Notes under the pieces: generated by a model
The model's database searches: none
Seen by the model: the letters and a program-made list of their open reading frames with translations, nothing else
Told to the model about the DNA's origin: nothing
Translations under genes and position numbers: made by a program
In this document: in pieces, positions 1 to 12,812 of the stretch
Numbering within the stretch: position 1 is the stretch's first letter
Layout of the letters: each line of letters begins with the position of its first letter
Source of the DNA: Hypanus sabinus
Taxonomy: Eukaryota
Assembly: GCF_030144855.1 (NCBI RefSeq)
Contig: NW_026778908.1
Location: forward strand, 248,001-312,000
DNA length: 64,000 bases
Direction: 5' to 3'

Positions 1-1365
1 CCCCTGACCCTTGGCTCAATGGACTACCCCCTGCCCTAACCTTCAACCTCTGGCATCACTCTCACCCAGGGCCGGATTAAACTAATGCGGGGCCTGTAGC
101 ATATGTTATAAAGGGGCTCTAAATTTTAAAAAAATGCACGTAAGTATTAAAACATACATTATTTACTTGCACAGTAAAGTAATTCAATTGTTTTCGTTTG
201 CTACAGAGCCAGATAATACGACAAATGTCTGACACTTCAGTAATAGTATTACTTACATGTAGTTATCAATTTCAAATGTCAAAAATAACAAAACTACAGT
301 TTAAAAGTTAGTTTTTCTAGATTTAGCTTGAGCAATTTGTTGATGTTACTGGAAATGTCTATTTCACGCAGATCATGCTCAATGCTCATTAGAGTGAGAT
401 CGTTCAATCTGTTTTGACCCTTGGTCCTCCTTAGTTCATTTTTAATCCTTTTCAGTTTTGAAAATGAGCGTTCTGCACTGCAGTTGGGAACCATGAGTGA
501 CAAACAGATGCGCAACTAGACCCCGGCCGGTGTTGCAGCCTTTACCCGAATTGCAGCTCCCAATCTCCGGCCTCTCCCCAGACCGCTGCGAGCGCACACC
601 GTCCCGCCCACTGATACCCTTCCCCCAATGAGAGCATGCGTCTACCAGAGCTACTCGCTGATTGGCTGTCAGTGTGTCCGAGGACGGGCTGCTCCCGGGA
701 GTTGGAACTGTTTGTTCTCAGAATCAAAGGAACTTCCCCGAAACTCAAAGTGCGAAGTAAAATTTATTATCAGAATGAAACTGCGTTCACAGCTTTTAGG
801 AAATGCATTGTTATGAACTCAATCCACAGTTCAAAGAACAGAAGACTGGTGGCTGAAGTCATTTATTTAAGTGTAAATGAATCGTCTACCCAAAACTCAC
901 TCCAACAGTCGTGAGAATACGGTGAGATGCCGATTTCAGCAGTCTGCAGCTTGCAAGCATTTAGTGCGGGCGGGGCCCTCGAAAATGCGGGGCTCGTAGC
1001 CTATGCTATTTTTGCTACTAGGTTAATCCGGCCCTGCCCTAATCCCTGATCCCTGCCCTAAACCCTGACCCCTGCACCTTGACCTAATTCCGATCCCCTG
1101 TTTTCAGCCTTAACCCATAACCCCAGCTGAGCCCGAACTCCTTTCTTACCCATAACCCTTGCCCTAAAATCTAATTCCTAGCTGCTGTTCTAATCCACAA
1201 ACCCTGCTTTACCCCAAACTATCGCAGGACCCCTGTCTTCTGCCCTTGCCATGACGCCTAATTCCTTGTACTCAGTCATATACCCTAACTTCACCCTAAG
1301 CCGTACCCTGACCACTGCACCTACTCTATACCTGAACCCCTGCACTAACCCCTAACCCCCTAGTT
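1..1365. repeat. Degenerate (TAACCC/TGACCC)-like repeat tract, interrupted by a hAT element
   Basis: Many ccctaac/ccctgac/ccataac variants at 1-66 and 1037-1365 (e.g. cactaacccctaaccccc near 1345). Confidence 0.5.
67..1036 (-). mobile_element. Internally deleted hAT-family DNA transposon
   Basis: Perfect 14-bp terminal inverted repeats (TIRs) cagggccggattaa (67-80) / ttaatccggccctg (1023-1036). ORF 294-515(-) carries SAERSFSKLKRIKNELR...RLNDLTLMSIE, the hAT C-terminal dimerization motif. The 8-bp flanks ctctcacc / ccctaatc match 5/8 (a decayed target-site duplication, TSD). Confidence 0.85.
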
Positions 1366-1859
1366 AAAGAACGTCTGTGTGTGTGTGTGTGTGTGGTGTG
1401 TCTCTGTATGTGTGTACACCATAGTTCTCGACACTGTGGTGTGGAGATCATGACCAAAGATGAAGTCTTAGAAAGTTTGGGGGATAGTCCCCACCTCCCC
1501 TTTCTCCCATGCGTGTGGAGTGAGGTGCTCACTCATTCCCCTGGGAAGCTGCTCAGGATTATACCGGTACGTGTTTCTGGGGACTCTGTGTGTGGGGGGG
1601 GGGGGAGAGGGGGTGGAAAGGGGAGCCAGAAACACAACAGTTTCCACTAATCATACACTCAAACACACACACAGGAGGAAGATCAATTGAAGTGCCTGCA
1701 CATTTAAGTGCACTTAATAGAGTAGGTATAGAGTAGGTGCAGTGGTCAGTAGTGAAGGTCAGTTTTATTGCCAGACTCACTAGGTGTGCACAGGTGCAAT
1801 GAAAAACGTACTTGCAGCAGTATCACAGGCACAGAGCATCAGATACTCAACAGAGACTG

Positions 1860-4800
1860 TGGGTCAGTGAGAGACGGCACAGGTTGTGTGGGTTTGGCTC
1901 CTGGATAAGATTCCGGGGCCGGGGCCGATATGCAGCTCCCGTTGACCAATCTGGAGTCACTCCACACACCTAAGCTGCCACAACATCCATTGGGGTAGGG
2001 CAGAGGTAGGCCGTTCCCTCATCTGGGTCTCCACCCTCTGTCAGTGGAGAGGATTACTGACCTGAGGCAAACATGTTCCAGACTCTCAGTAATAAAGACC
2101 AGTCAGCCTCCACAAAGCAGTACAGCAGACGCCCACCGATGGTAACCGCATCTCTTTGTGAAGACAGCAGCCCCTCTGGAGAAAGTACATGGCCAACACA
2201 TATCACCTAGCAGGGTGCTCGGCATGCAGGAATCTCTGCAGGGTCCTGAAATGGAGAGCCACCAACCACGTATGGACACACTCCAGTGACAGTCCTTCCT
2301 CTGTTATTGGGAGACTCCAGGCTGCCGCAGAGACCCAGTGGTTCCTGTTACCCCAGAAGAAGTCCATTATCTTCCTCAGCATCCTTGTGACAAAGGGAGC
2401 TGATGGGTCCAAGGTGACCATCCGGTACCACAACATGGAGGCCACCAGCTGGTTTATGACTACCACCCTGCCTCAATAGCAAAGCACCCTGAGAAGGCCT
2501 GAGCAGCATCCCAGCCGGGCCATGACTTTCGTCTCCAGGTCCTGCCATTTCACCATCCAGGACTCAGCTAAACTCCCAGGCAGAGAGATGCTTGGCACTC
2601 CATTCAACAGTCTCACCTCCCACTGACCCACTGGGAGTCCGGAACATCTTTCCCAGCTCATCTAAGCGGAGAACGCTGCCAAGGAAACTTCCTGGCACTC
2701 ACACATCCTCTACAGGTCAATGGGATCTGTCACCATTAGGAGCACATCCAGAGCATAGGCCAAGAACACGACCTTCATGTGCTATTCACACAGAGCCAGA
2801 CCCGTCAGCCTTTTCCAAAGAAGGTCCAGGAGTGGTTCTACACAGCTGCTGTTCAACTGGCTGGACATGGGGCACTCTGGCAATGTTCCCTCTGAGGTGC
2901 GCACACACATCTTTTGTTACTAGTGCACAAAGGAATTTAAACTGCACACAAAAGGTTGTCACTCTCTACTTCGTTGGCATGTTAAATATATTTCACGATC
3001 GTACACAATCACGTTTCCTTTTCCAGTTTCTGATGCAGACGGTGTTGACAAAGTGAGGTTTGCAATGATTTGTCTGCAGATTTTAGAACTGGCTTATTTA
3101 TATTGTTCTTATTGAAGAAATTATTGGTTCACTATGTCGAATTCAAAAGAAGCAAAGTGTGTGAAGCGCAGAAGAACTGCTAGTTCATTTAAAACAGAAT
3201 GGCTTCATGACCACTTCAAACAAATTTAATAACATGTGACACGATTGATATGATTACTTCCTGAGAAATAAGACTTAGTGATGTGAATTATTTCATTTCT
3301 TTTATCCTTAGAACAGGTTATGGATTACTTCCACTGAAAAACATGTTGTTGTCACTGGGCAAAAAATTGGACGGCACAAGATTTTTCAATGCACATTTTC
3401 CTCTTTGAAGGGGAATGGGCATTGTCAATGGTCCATGGACTTTGACAAGGCACTCTGCAGCAGAGTATAGGAGATGAATCTCGGTTATAAAGTGTGGACT
3501 GAGCCCAAATGCCTGCAGAGTGCCCACCAGGAAACTGGACTACCTGGTCAAATGTCTTCTCGTGGTCAAGAGAAACTGCTGGGGACCCTGTCAAGTCACA
3601 AACTAGATGGACATTGTCCTCAATGGACCACCCCAGGACTGCTTAGGATTGGTCAGGATGGATCACCTGTCTCAACACTGGGCCAAGACAATTGCCATTG
3701 ACATTGGCCATATCGGGAGTACACTCGGTCTCTTGGCCAGCTCCCTTCCTGTGAGAGTGGAGCCATTCTCTGCCCTACTCTTTCCAAAAGGAGAAAGAAT
3801 ACTTATTAGCTGCTGGTCTTGAGTGTTGCTAATTCCACCTTGTGACACACCATCCCCTGAACGTGTGGTTTGATCCCCACCCTGACATCTCTCAGCAGGT
3901 CATCCAGGAAAGATTTAAGCTGCCACCTATCATTCCCAGACACAGCATTCCTCTTCCCCTTCCCATTCCAGCATGCTAGACCAGAGCAGAGAGGCTAGTT
4001 TCGGCTGATGCTTCACAGAGGTGAGAATAAACCCTTTGTTCTCCTCAATGGGTATCAACGGGCACTTCTCGGGATGGATGAGGATTTCCATTGTTCACTA
4101 TCAAATGAGTCTCCCTCTGCACCGGCCCCTGTATCTTCCTCCCTGTGTGTACTAACAGATGGGAGCGCTCCTAACCTAATTGTCCAGTGGGTACCTTGTT
4201 TATACCTGTCAACTCCACCTTCACCTCAGCCCTACCCCCAGGAACACCAATGGAGGGATCATCCCCAAGAATTCCCTGTGAACGAAGGGTTAATGGGGTC
4301 AGTATAGAGAGTACATCTCTCTCCTCGAGAGCCAGGCCCAAGTGGACCCCCACAACTCTAGTTCTCGGGGTTCACCTGGACCCTGATAGTGAGAGGGGCT
4401 GGCCACTGCTTCACCATCATTATCCAGTGTACGGTGGAGGGCTCAAGGGCTTTTTCAGTTACCAGATCAGGGGGCAACTCCACCTTCAACAACACATTCC
4501 TGCACACGCACTCCACCACCATAGGACGGGGCCACAACTAGGGACACACCTGGATTCCCCCCCCCCCCCCGCCCTCCGGTGACTCCCCCATGTCTACACT
4601 CTCTACCCTCTTGGGAGAGGAGCTCCTTCTCCTCTTCCGGCTGGAGGAGCACCCGCAACAGGGGTCCCCAATACAGCGACACTCTCTGCGTCCATCACCC
4701 TGTCCACCTGCGCACTTCCCTGAGCCTCCAGCTGAACTTCAGAGCGGGTTCCTTGCTACAGGACACAGGAGCAGACGTGAGCTCCGCGTTCTCAATGGCC

Positions 4801-5620
4801 TTCTTCCTATTGGATTTTTTCTTCACCCTCCTGCCCTGCAGAATCTCCTCCCCTTACCCTGCTGCATCCCCCCTGCATGTAGCCTCGTTCCCCCACCCAA
4901 ACCCACAGGGGAGAACCAGTGGCAGGGGCAGGGGCAGGGCAGCTGGGGCATAGGTGCTTGAGATGGACTCTCTGGGCCGGGAGTTGGGACAGTCCCTCCG
5001 AAACTGTCCCACTTCCCTGCACATGTGGCATGGTGGGTGCGCCGAACTCCAGTTCACCTCGCAGATTACCCCTTCAATTCACACGGTAAATCGACTCTCA
5101 ATGTTGCCCCCCTGCGCCAACTGCATGAATACCTGTTGCTGGAAAGAGATAATGTTGCAGAGGGTGTGACGCTTGATCTTGTGCATAATTGCGGTGATCT
5201 CAGATCTTACTTGACCCAAGCAGGTAAGATGGGGAAGGAGGATCTCATTAAGGATGAAGAGATTGAGTCCGAGGATGATCTGTTGTGTGGGAGCAGTTGC
5301 TAGATCCAACATTCCCCATTCTCAGCCCTCTGCAGAGAGTTTGATGCACCAACTCCTCGGTCCTCATGTATAACACCACCTTACCCCACTCCTCCCCAGA
5401 GGCCAGCATACTGCCGACGCAAACCAAACCGTCCATGGCCTCTGAGCACTCCACTAGAGTCAGTCCGAAGGCAGAACACATTGCACCCAGCGTTTAATCG
5501 ACACTGACCAAAACTGGACACTGTCCGAGGTTTTAACAGGCTTTGCATATCAAGCAGTGGTAAATCAAAACATTGGACTTTAATTGTTGTCTGCAAGAAG
5601 TGTCACTACGCATCTGAGAG
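1860..5620 (-). mobile_element. Degenerate L1-Tx1 clade LINE (ORF1 and ORF2 remnants)
   Basis: ORF1-like pieces: LLPHLTCLGQVRSEI (5079-5312) and a decayed zinc knuckle CHMCREVGQFRRDC (4854-5057). RT pieces: SLDHEKTFDQV and GTLQAFGLSPHFI..LLYSAAECLVKV (3318-3594). Post-RT piece VINQLVASMLWYRMVTL..DFFW..HWVS (2203-2466). Many stops and frameshifts; ends approximate. Confidence 0.8.
2881..3400. mobile_element. AT-rich insertion in the Tx1 RT, probably a hAT-type DNA transposon fragment
   Basis: The Tx1 RG/VRQGCPMS motif is split here. The insert begins caatgttccctct, a hAT-like end; no matching second TIR is seen. Confidence 0.45.
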
Positions 5621-5759
5621 GATTCTTCAATTCTAATCCATGGTGGGTAGATTTCCGGTGACGAAACTCTGTTAGTTATTCAATGGCATACCAATCACAT
5701 GCTGGTCGTAGAGGTAATGAAAGGGCCATTAACCTTACCTTTACATGAATGGAGGTTTA

Positions 5760-8110
5760 AACTGTTGTGATGGGACAATGTGGAGGGAGCCTCACTCTCT
5801 GTCTCACCCCGGGAGTGTGTGATGGGACAGAGCAGAGGGAGCTTCACTCTCTTTCTGACCCTCAGAGGGTGTAATAGAACAGTCTGGGGTGAGTTTCACT
5901 CTGTATCTGATTGGATTGTGTTGATTGAGTTTCTCTCAGTGTCAGATCAGACACAGTATGGACTCTGTATCTGACCCCGGACTGTGTGATGGGCCAGTGT
6001 GGAAGGAGTTTCACTGTGTGTCTGATCCTGGGAATTTTTGATGGAACGATGTGGAGGGAGTTTCACTCTGTGTCTGATCCCAAGAGTCTGTGATTGGACT
6101 GTGTGGAATAAATTTCTCTCTGTCTGTCTGATGTGACACAGTGTGGAGGGAGTTTCAGTCTGTGCCTGACCCTGAGATTGTGAGATGAGATGTTGAGGAG
6201 GGAGTTTGCTTTTGTATCTGACCCCAGCAGTGTGTGATGGGTCAGTGATGAAGGAGATTCACACTGTGTCTGACCTCAGGAGTGAGTGATGGGCTACTGT
6301 GTAGGGAGCTTAACTCTGTCTGACCCTGGGATTGTGTGGTGGGACAGTGTGGAGAGAGGTTCACTCTGTGTCTAACCTCAGAGTATGTAATGGAACAGTG
6401 TGGAGTGAGTTTCACTTAGGGACTGATCCCAAGTGTCTATGATTGGACTGTGTGGAATTAATTTCTCTCTCTGTCTGTACCCAGGAGTGTCTCATGAGAC
6501 ACAATGTGGAGGGAGCTTCACTCTGTGCCTGACCCTGGGATTGTGTGATGGGATGGTGTGGCACATATTCCTCTCTGTCTCTGACCTCGGGAGTGTGTGA
6601 TAGGACAGTGTGAAAGGTACCTCACTCCATCCGACCCTGGGACTATGTTTTGGGACACAGTGTGCAGGGAGATCCTTTCTGTCTAACCTTGGGAATGTGT
6701 GATGGGACTGTGTGGAAGGAGCTTCACTCTGTGACTGACCTGAGAACTGTGTGATAGAACGGTGTGGAAGGAGCCACTGTCTGTATCTGACCCTGGGAGA
6801 CGTGATGGGAAAATGTGGAGGGATCTTCACTCTGTGCCCCACCATGGGAGTGTGTGATGGGACGGTGTGCGGGAAGTTTCAGTCCATGTCTGACCTGAGC
6901 AGTTTGTGATGGAATGGGGTGCAGGCAGCAACACTCTACGTCTCGCCACACGACTGTGTGATTGTCTGGTGTGGAGGGAGCTTCACGCCATGTCCCACCC
7001 CAAGAGTCTGTGATGGGTGGTGTGGAGGGAGTTTGACTTTGTGTCTGACCCCAGGAGTGTGTGATGGCATATTGAGAAGTGAACATTACACTGTGTCTAG
7101 CCCAGTGAATTTGTGATGGGACAGAGTGGAGGGAGTTTCACTCTGTGTCTGAACCCAGGTGTGTGTGATGGGACGATGTTGAGTGAATTTCACTCTGTGG
7201 CTGATCCCGAGAATGTATGATTGGACTGTGTGGAATGAATTTCTCTCTGTGTCTGTGTGTGTGATAGAAGGTATGGAGGGAGCTTCACTCTGTGTCTGAC
7301 CCTAGGAACGTGTGATAGGATGGTGAGGAGGGAGTTTCACTGAGTGTCTGACCCCGGGCGTGTGTGATGGGACGGTGTGTGGGGATTTTCACTCTGTCTG
7401 ACACTGGGAGTGTGTGATGAGATGGTGTGGAGGGAGTTTCACTGGTGGTCTGATCTTGGGAGTGTGTGATGGGATGGTGTGTGGGGATTTTCACTCTGTG
7501 TCTGATCCTGGGTGTGTGTGATGGGATGGAGTGCAGAGAGTTCACTTTGTGTCAGTTCCCTAGAGTGTGTGATGGGGTGGTGTGGAGGGAGTTTCACTCT
7601 GTGTCTCACCCCGAGCGTATGTGTTGGGGCTGTGTGGAGGGAGCTGACTTCCTGTCTGAACCCAGGAGAGTGTGATTGGACCGTGTGGAGCTTTGCACTC
7701 TGTGTCTGACTCCAGAAGTGCACGATGAGAGTGCGTGGAGGGAGCTTCACTCTGTGTCTGATCCTGGGAGTGAGTGATGGGACAAGCTGGAGGGAGTTTC
7801 ACTCTGTGTCTGACCCCGGGAGTGTGTGATGGGACGGTGGAGGGAGCTTCACTCTGTGTCTGATCCTGGGAGTGTGTGATGGGACAAGCTGGAGGGAGTT
7901 TCACTCTGTGTCTGACCCCGGGAGTGTGTGATGGGACGGTGTGGAGGGAGATTCACTCTGTGTCTGACCCCGGGAGTGTGTGATGGGACGGTGGAGGGAG
8001 CTTCACTCTGTGTCTGATCCTGGGAGTGAGTGATGGGACAAGCTGGAGGGAGCTTCACTCTGTGTCCAACCTCTGCATTGTGTAATCGGGTAGTGTGGAG
8101 TGAGTGTCTG
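5760..8110. repeat. ~50-52-bp satellite/minisatellite array
   Basis: Unit approximately ggagtgtgtgatgggacggtgtggagggagcttcactctgtgtctgaccccg; period 52 measured between 7923 and 7975; roughly 45 copies. Confidence 0.95.
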
Positions 8111-11100
8111 ATCCTGAGAGAGTGATTCCTACTCATTCTCCATCCACTTTCTTCCACTTCTTTCCCTTCACCCTAGCCCTCCTTCTCCCCTCCCTCCACT
8201 TTCCTTCCCCCTTCTCCCCTCCCTCCACCTTCCCTCCCCCTTCTCCCCTTAAACATTCCTCTGACTGTCCCCGTACACCAACCCTCCTCTCTCCCTCTGA
8301 TTTCTCCCTCCCCTTTCCTCACTGTTCTGTCCCCCTACCTTCACCACCTCCACTCTCCCCAACCCACTCCCCTTCTCCTTCCCCTCTCTCCCTGTCTTCC
8401 CCTCTCACCTGTCTCACTCCTCTCTCCCCACACTCTCCCCCTCCCCTCCCATGCTCACCACCCCTCGCCTCCCCTCCCCATCTCCCTTCCCCTCACCCTA
8501 ACTGCTCCCTCTCCCTCAATCTGTCCCACATATACCCCATCCCTGCCCCTCTCCCACTATCTCCACCCCTCAGCCCCCTTTCATATCCTCTCCACACTCT
8601 CCCCTCTTCCCTCCTCTCCCCTCTCCACTCTTCTCTCCTGTCTTCCCTCTCCCCTTCCCCCTCCTCTCTCCCCCTCCCCATCCCTCTTCCCCCCCTCTTC
8701 CCCCCCTCTTCCCCCCCTCTTCCCCCCCTCTTCCCCCCCTTCCCCCCCTCTTCCCCCCCTCTTCCCCCTCTCTTCCCCCTCTCTTCCCCATCACCCCCTC
8801 TAACCCTCTCTACCCTCTCTCCCTCCCCTCTCCCCATCCCCCTCTCCTTGCCTTCTATATCCCTCCCCTCTCTCCCTCTCCCTGTTCGTTCCACCCTCTC
8901 CTCCTCTCCCCTTAACCCCTCCACCTCTCTCCCCCACTCTCAACCACTCCCCCCTCCTCCCTGTTATGCCCCTGCTCCCTCTCTAACCCCCTCTCCCCTT
9001 CTCTCTCCTCTTCCATTTCCACTTCTATCCCCTCTCTCCCAATCTTTTACCCACTCTGTCCCCTCTCCTCACCGTCTCTCTCCTCCTCCTCACCGCTCCT
9101 CCTTCCCCTCTCTCCTGCCCTCCTCTCCCCTTCTCCTTACCTTCTCTCCACTCTCTCCCTGCTCTTTCTCCTTCTCCCCCACTCCCCCTACTTTCCCTCT
9201 TCCCCTTCAACCCCCAAATCTCTCCACGTCACTCCCTCATCTCCCCTCTCTCCCCCTCACCCTCTCTCTCTGTCCCACCCCTCCCCATCTCACCCCACCC
9301 CCTCTCCCCTCTCCACTCCCCCACTCTACCCACTCTGCTCCCCTCTCCGCCTCTCCCTCGCTCTCTCCCCTTCTCTCCCTAGCTGCCCCTCCCCCCTCTC
9401 ATCCCCTCTCGCACCCTCTCCCACTCTCTCTCCCCTTCTCTCCCCTTCCCTCTCCCCTCTCTTCACCTCTTCCCCCTTTTCCCCATCTCTCCCCTTTCCA
9501 CCTTTCTCCCCTTCCCTCTCCCCCTCCCATCCTCCACACTCTACCCTCCCTCTCTCTCCCTCTCTCCCCACTTCTCTTCCTTCCCTTCTCTGCCTCTCTC
9601 ACCTTTCTACCTTCCTCCCCCTCAATCCCCTGCCCCATCCTATCCCTCCACTCCTATCTCTCCACTTACTCTCTCTTTCCCTCCTCCCATCCAACACCTC
9701 CCCCTCCCTCCCCTTCCCATTCTCCCTCTCTCCCCCTCTCCTTTCGACCCTATCTCCCTCTGCAACTCTTTTTGCCCTTTCCCCTCTGCCCCTCGCTCTT
9801 CCCCTCTTCCCTTTCCACCTTCCTCCCCCTCTGTCGCCATTCTCTACCCTCACTCTCAGCCTATCCCACCACTCTCCTCTTTCCCCTCTGTCACCCCTCT
9901 CTCTCCCCCGCACTCTCCTCCTCTCTCTCCCCCTCCACTCTCCTCCCTCCCCTCTCCACTCCCTCTCTCCTTACCTTCCGTCCCCTTTCTCCCTGCTCTC
10001 TCTCTCCCCTTATCTCCATTCATCCCCTTCTCCCCTACTACCCCTTTCTTCACTTCTCCTCTTCCTTTCACCCTTCAACCCCTACTCTCCATTTTCCCCC
10101 TTCACTCCCAAATCTCTCCCTCACCTCCCCCTCGCTTTCCCTCTATTCCCTCCCCTGCTCCTCCCTCTCTCTCCTCTCCCACTCTCTTCAACACCCTCTC
10201 CCCGCATTAGCACCCCTTCTCCCCCACTCTTTCCACTGCCCCCCTCTGGCCTTCTCCCTCCCTACCTCCCCCATCCCCGTCTCTCCCAACCTTTCCCATC
10301 TCCTCCCTCTTACCATGCTTTCCGTCTCCCCTCTCCCACTCCCTCTCCCTTTCTCTGCCCCTCTTTGCTCCCTTCTCCCCTGTCCCTTCACTCTCCTCTC
10401 TTTATCCTTTTTCTCCCCCTCTTTCCCCCTCTCTCCCCTCTGTCACCTCTCTCTCTCTCCTCATTCTCCCACTTCTCTCTGCCCCCCTCTTTCCTGCCTC
10501 TCCCCCACTTACTACCCCACTCTCTAAACCCTTCTCTCTACCCCTCTCCTCTCTCCACTCTCCTCACTCCCCTCACCTCCCACCCCACACCCCCTCCCCC
10601 TCTGCTTCTCTCCCCCTCTCTCCCTCCTTACCCCCTTTGCCCCTTATCCCTATCTTCCCTCTCACCCATCTCCACAACTCACTCCCATCACTCCTCTTAC
10701 CCCTCACCCCTTTTCTCCTCTCTCCCCTCCCACCCCTTCACCCTCTCAACCATGCCCCCGCTCCCCCTATTTCCATCCCCTCTCCCCACATTTCCCTCTT
10801 CTCCCCCTTTTTGCCGCTCTATCCCGCGTCTTTCCACCCTCCCTCTGCACTCTGCTTCCCTGACTCCACCCTCTCTCCCCCAACCTTCTCACCCCTGCCC
10901 CCTCACTACCCTCTCACTGTCTCCCCACCTCTCTCCCACTCTCTCACTTCTCTTCTCTACCACCTCTCTCTCCCTTGCCTTTCCACATTTCTCCCCTCTC
11001 AGTCCTCAGCCCTCCTGTCCCTCTCCCTACCTCTCACCCTATCACCCACACTCCCCCACCCTCTCCCTGACCTCACCCTCTCTCTCGCCCCTCTCTCCCC

Positions 11101-11220
11101 CTCCCCACTCCCTCTCCCCACTCTCTCTCCCTTTCCCTCCTCTCCCCTCCCCTCTACCCTCCCCTCTCGTCTCTCCTCCTTTCCTTGCCTTCTCTCTCCT
11201 CTTTCCCCACTTCTCCTCCT

Positions 11221-11625
11221 TCTCCCCATCCTCCCTCTCCCTCCCCTCCCTAAATCTCTCCCCATCCTCCCTCTCCCTCCCCTCCCTAAATCTCTCCCCA
11301 TCCTCCCTCTCCCTCCCCTCCCTAAATCTCTCCCCATCCTCCCTCTCCCTCCCCTCCCTAAATCTCTCCCCATCCTCCCTCTCCCTCCCCTCCCTAAATC
11401 TCTCCCCATCCTCCCTCTCCCTCCCCTCCCTAAATCTCTCCCCATCCTCCCTCTCCCTCCCCTCCCTAAATCTCTCCCCATCCTCCCTCTCCCTCCCCTC
11501 CCTAAATCTCTCCCCATCCTCCCTCTCCCTCCCCTCCCTAAATCTCTCCCCATCCTCCCTCTCCCTCCCCTCCCTAAATCTCTCCCCATCCTCCCTCTCC
11601 CTCCCCTCCCTAAATCTCTCCCCAT
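11221..11625. repeat. Perfect 36-bp tandem repeat, 11 copies plus a partial
   Basis: Unit tctccccatcctccctctccctcccctccctaaatc; it explains the MGRDLGRGGRGR x11 ORF. Confidence 0.97.
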
Positions 11626-12812
11626 TTTTCCCCTTCATCCAACTTCTCCCCCTTCTCACCACCCTATTCTCCCTCCCTCTCACTCCCGCCTCTCTCCCCC
11701 CTCCCTCCTCTCCCCTTTCACCTTCTTCACCCTACCTCCCCTTCCTTTCCCCTGTCCCTCTACTCTTCTCTTTCCCCTCTCTCCCATCACTCCCCCATCT
11801 CTCTCCGCTCTCACTCTACCCACTATCTACACCCTTTCCCTCGCCTCTCCTCCTGCCCCTTTTCTCAATTTCTTCACCCTCCGCTCTCCCCCTCCCCCTC
11901 TGCTTGCCTTCTCTCTCCACTTTTCCTGCTCTCCCTCCCTTAGCCCCTCTTCGTCCCCTCCTGACCCTCTCTCCCTCCCCACTCTCCCCTCCCCTATTTC
12001 CACCACTGTCCCCCCTTCCACCTCCTCCCCTTTATCGTCCTCTCCCCTTTATCGTCCTGTCCATCTCATCACCCTCTCCCTCTCTCCCACTCTCTCCTGC
12101 CCCTTCTTTGCCCCTCTCTCCCACTCCCCTTTCCACCTCCCTGATGTCCTCTCTCTACTCCCTCGCCTCATCTCTCTACCCCTCCCCACCTCTCTCCCTG
12201 CTCTCACTACCCTCACTCTACCCTCTCTCTGTAACCCCTCTCACTCCCCTCCTCCTTGCCCTCTGATCACTCCCCTCACCTCCCTCCCCTCTCCCTCCTC
12301 TTTCCCCTATCACCCCATCTCTCCCCTCCACCCTCTTCCTTATCACTCCACTTCCCCTTGCTTTCTCCCTCATCCCCTCTTCCCCCTCTCCCCCTCACCC
12401 TCTCCTCTCGCTCCCCTTCCCATCCTCTTTCCGCTCCCCCTTTCTCACCCCTCTCCTCCTCTCCCCTTCTCCCTGAATCTCCCACTCTCCCTCTCCCCTT
12501 TCCACCTTCCTCCCTTCCCTTCTCCCACACTCTCTATCCCCTCCCTCTCCCCTGTCCCTCTTTCTTCTCTTTCCCCTCTCTTACCCTCTCTACCCTATTC
12601 TTCCCTTCTCTGCACCACTCTCTCCCCTTCTCTCCTCCCCTTTCTCTCCCCACCTCCCTCACCCTACTCCCCTTCTCCCTTTTCCCCTTTTCCCCTTTTC
12701 CCCCTTTCCCCTTCTCCCCTTCTCCCCTTCTCCCCTTCTCCCCTTCTCCCCTTCTCCCCCTTTCCCCTTCTCCCCTTCTCCCCTTCTCCCCCTTTCCCCT
12801 TCTCCCCTTCCC

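Noticed and set aside
5760-8157. His/Pro-rich repeat ORFs
   Set aside because: They are translations of the ~52-bp satellite, whose period is not a stable multiple of three.
11221-11625. CRISPR-like array (36-bp period) or plant-type TTTAGGG telomere
   Set aside because: The units are contiguous with no unique spacers, the context is eukaryotic, and TTTAGGG occurs only once per unit.
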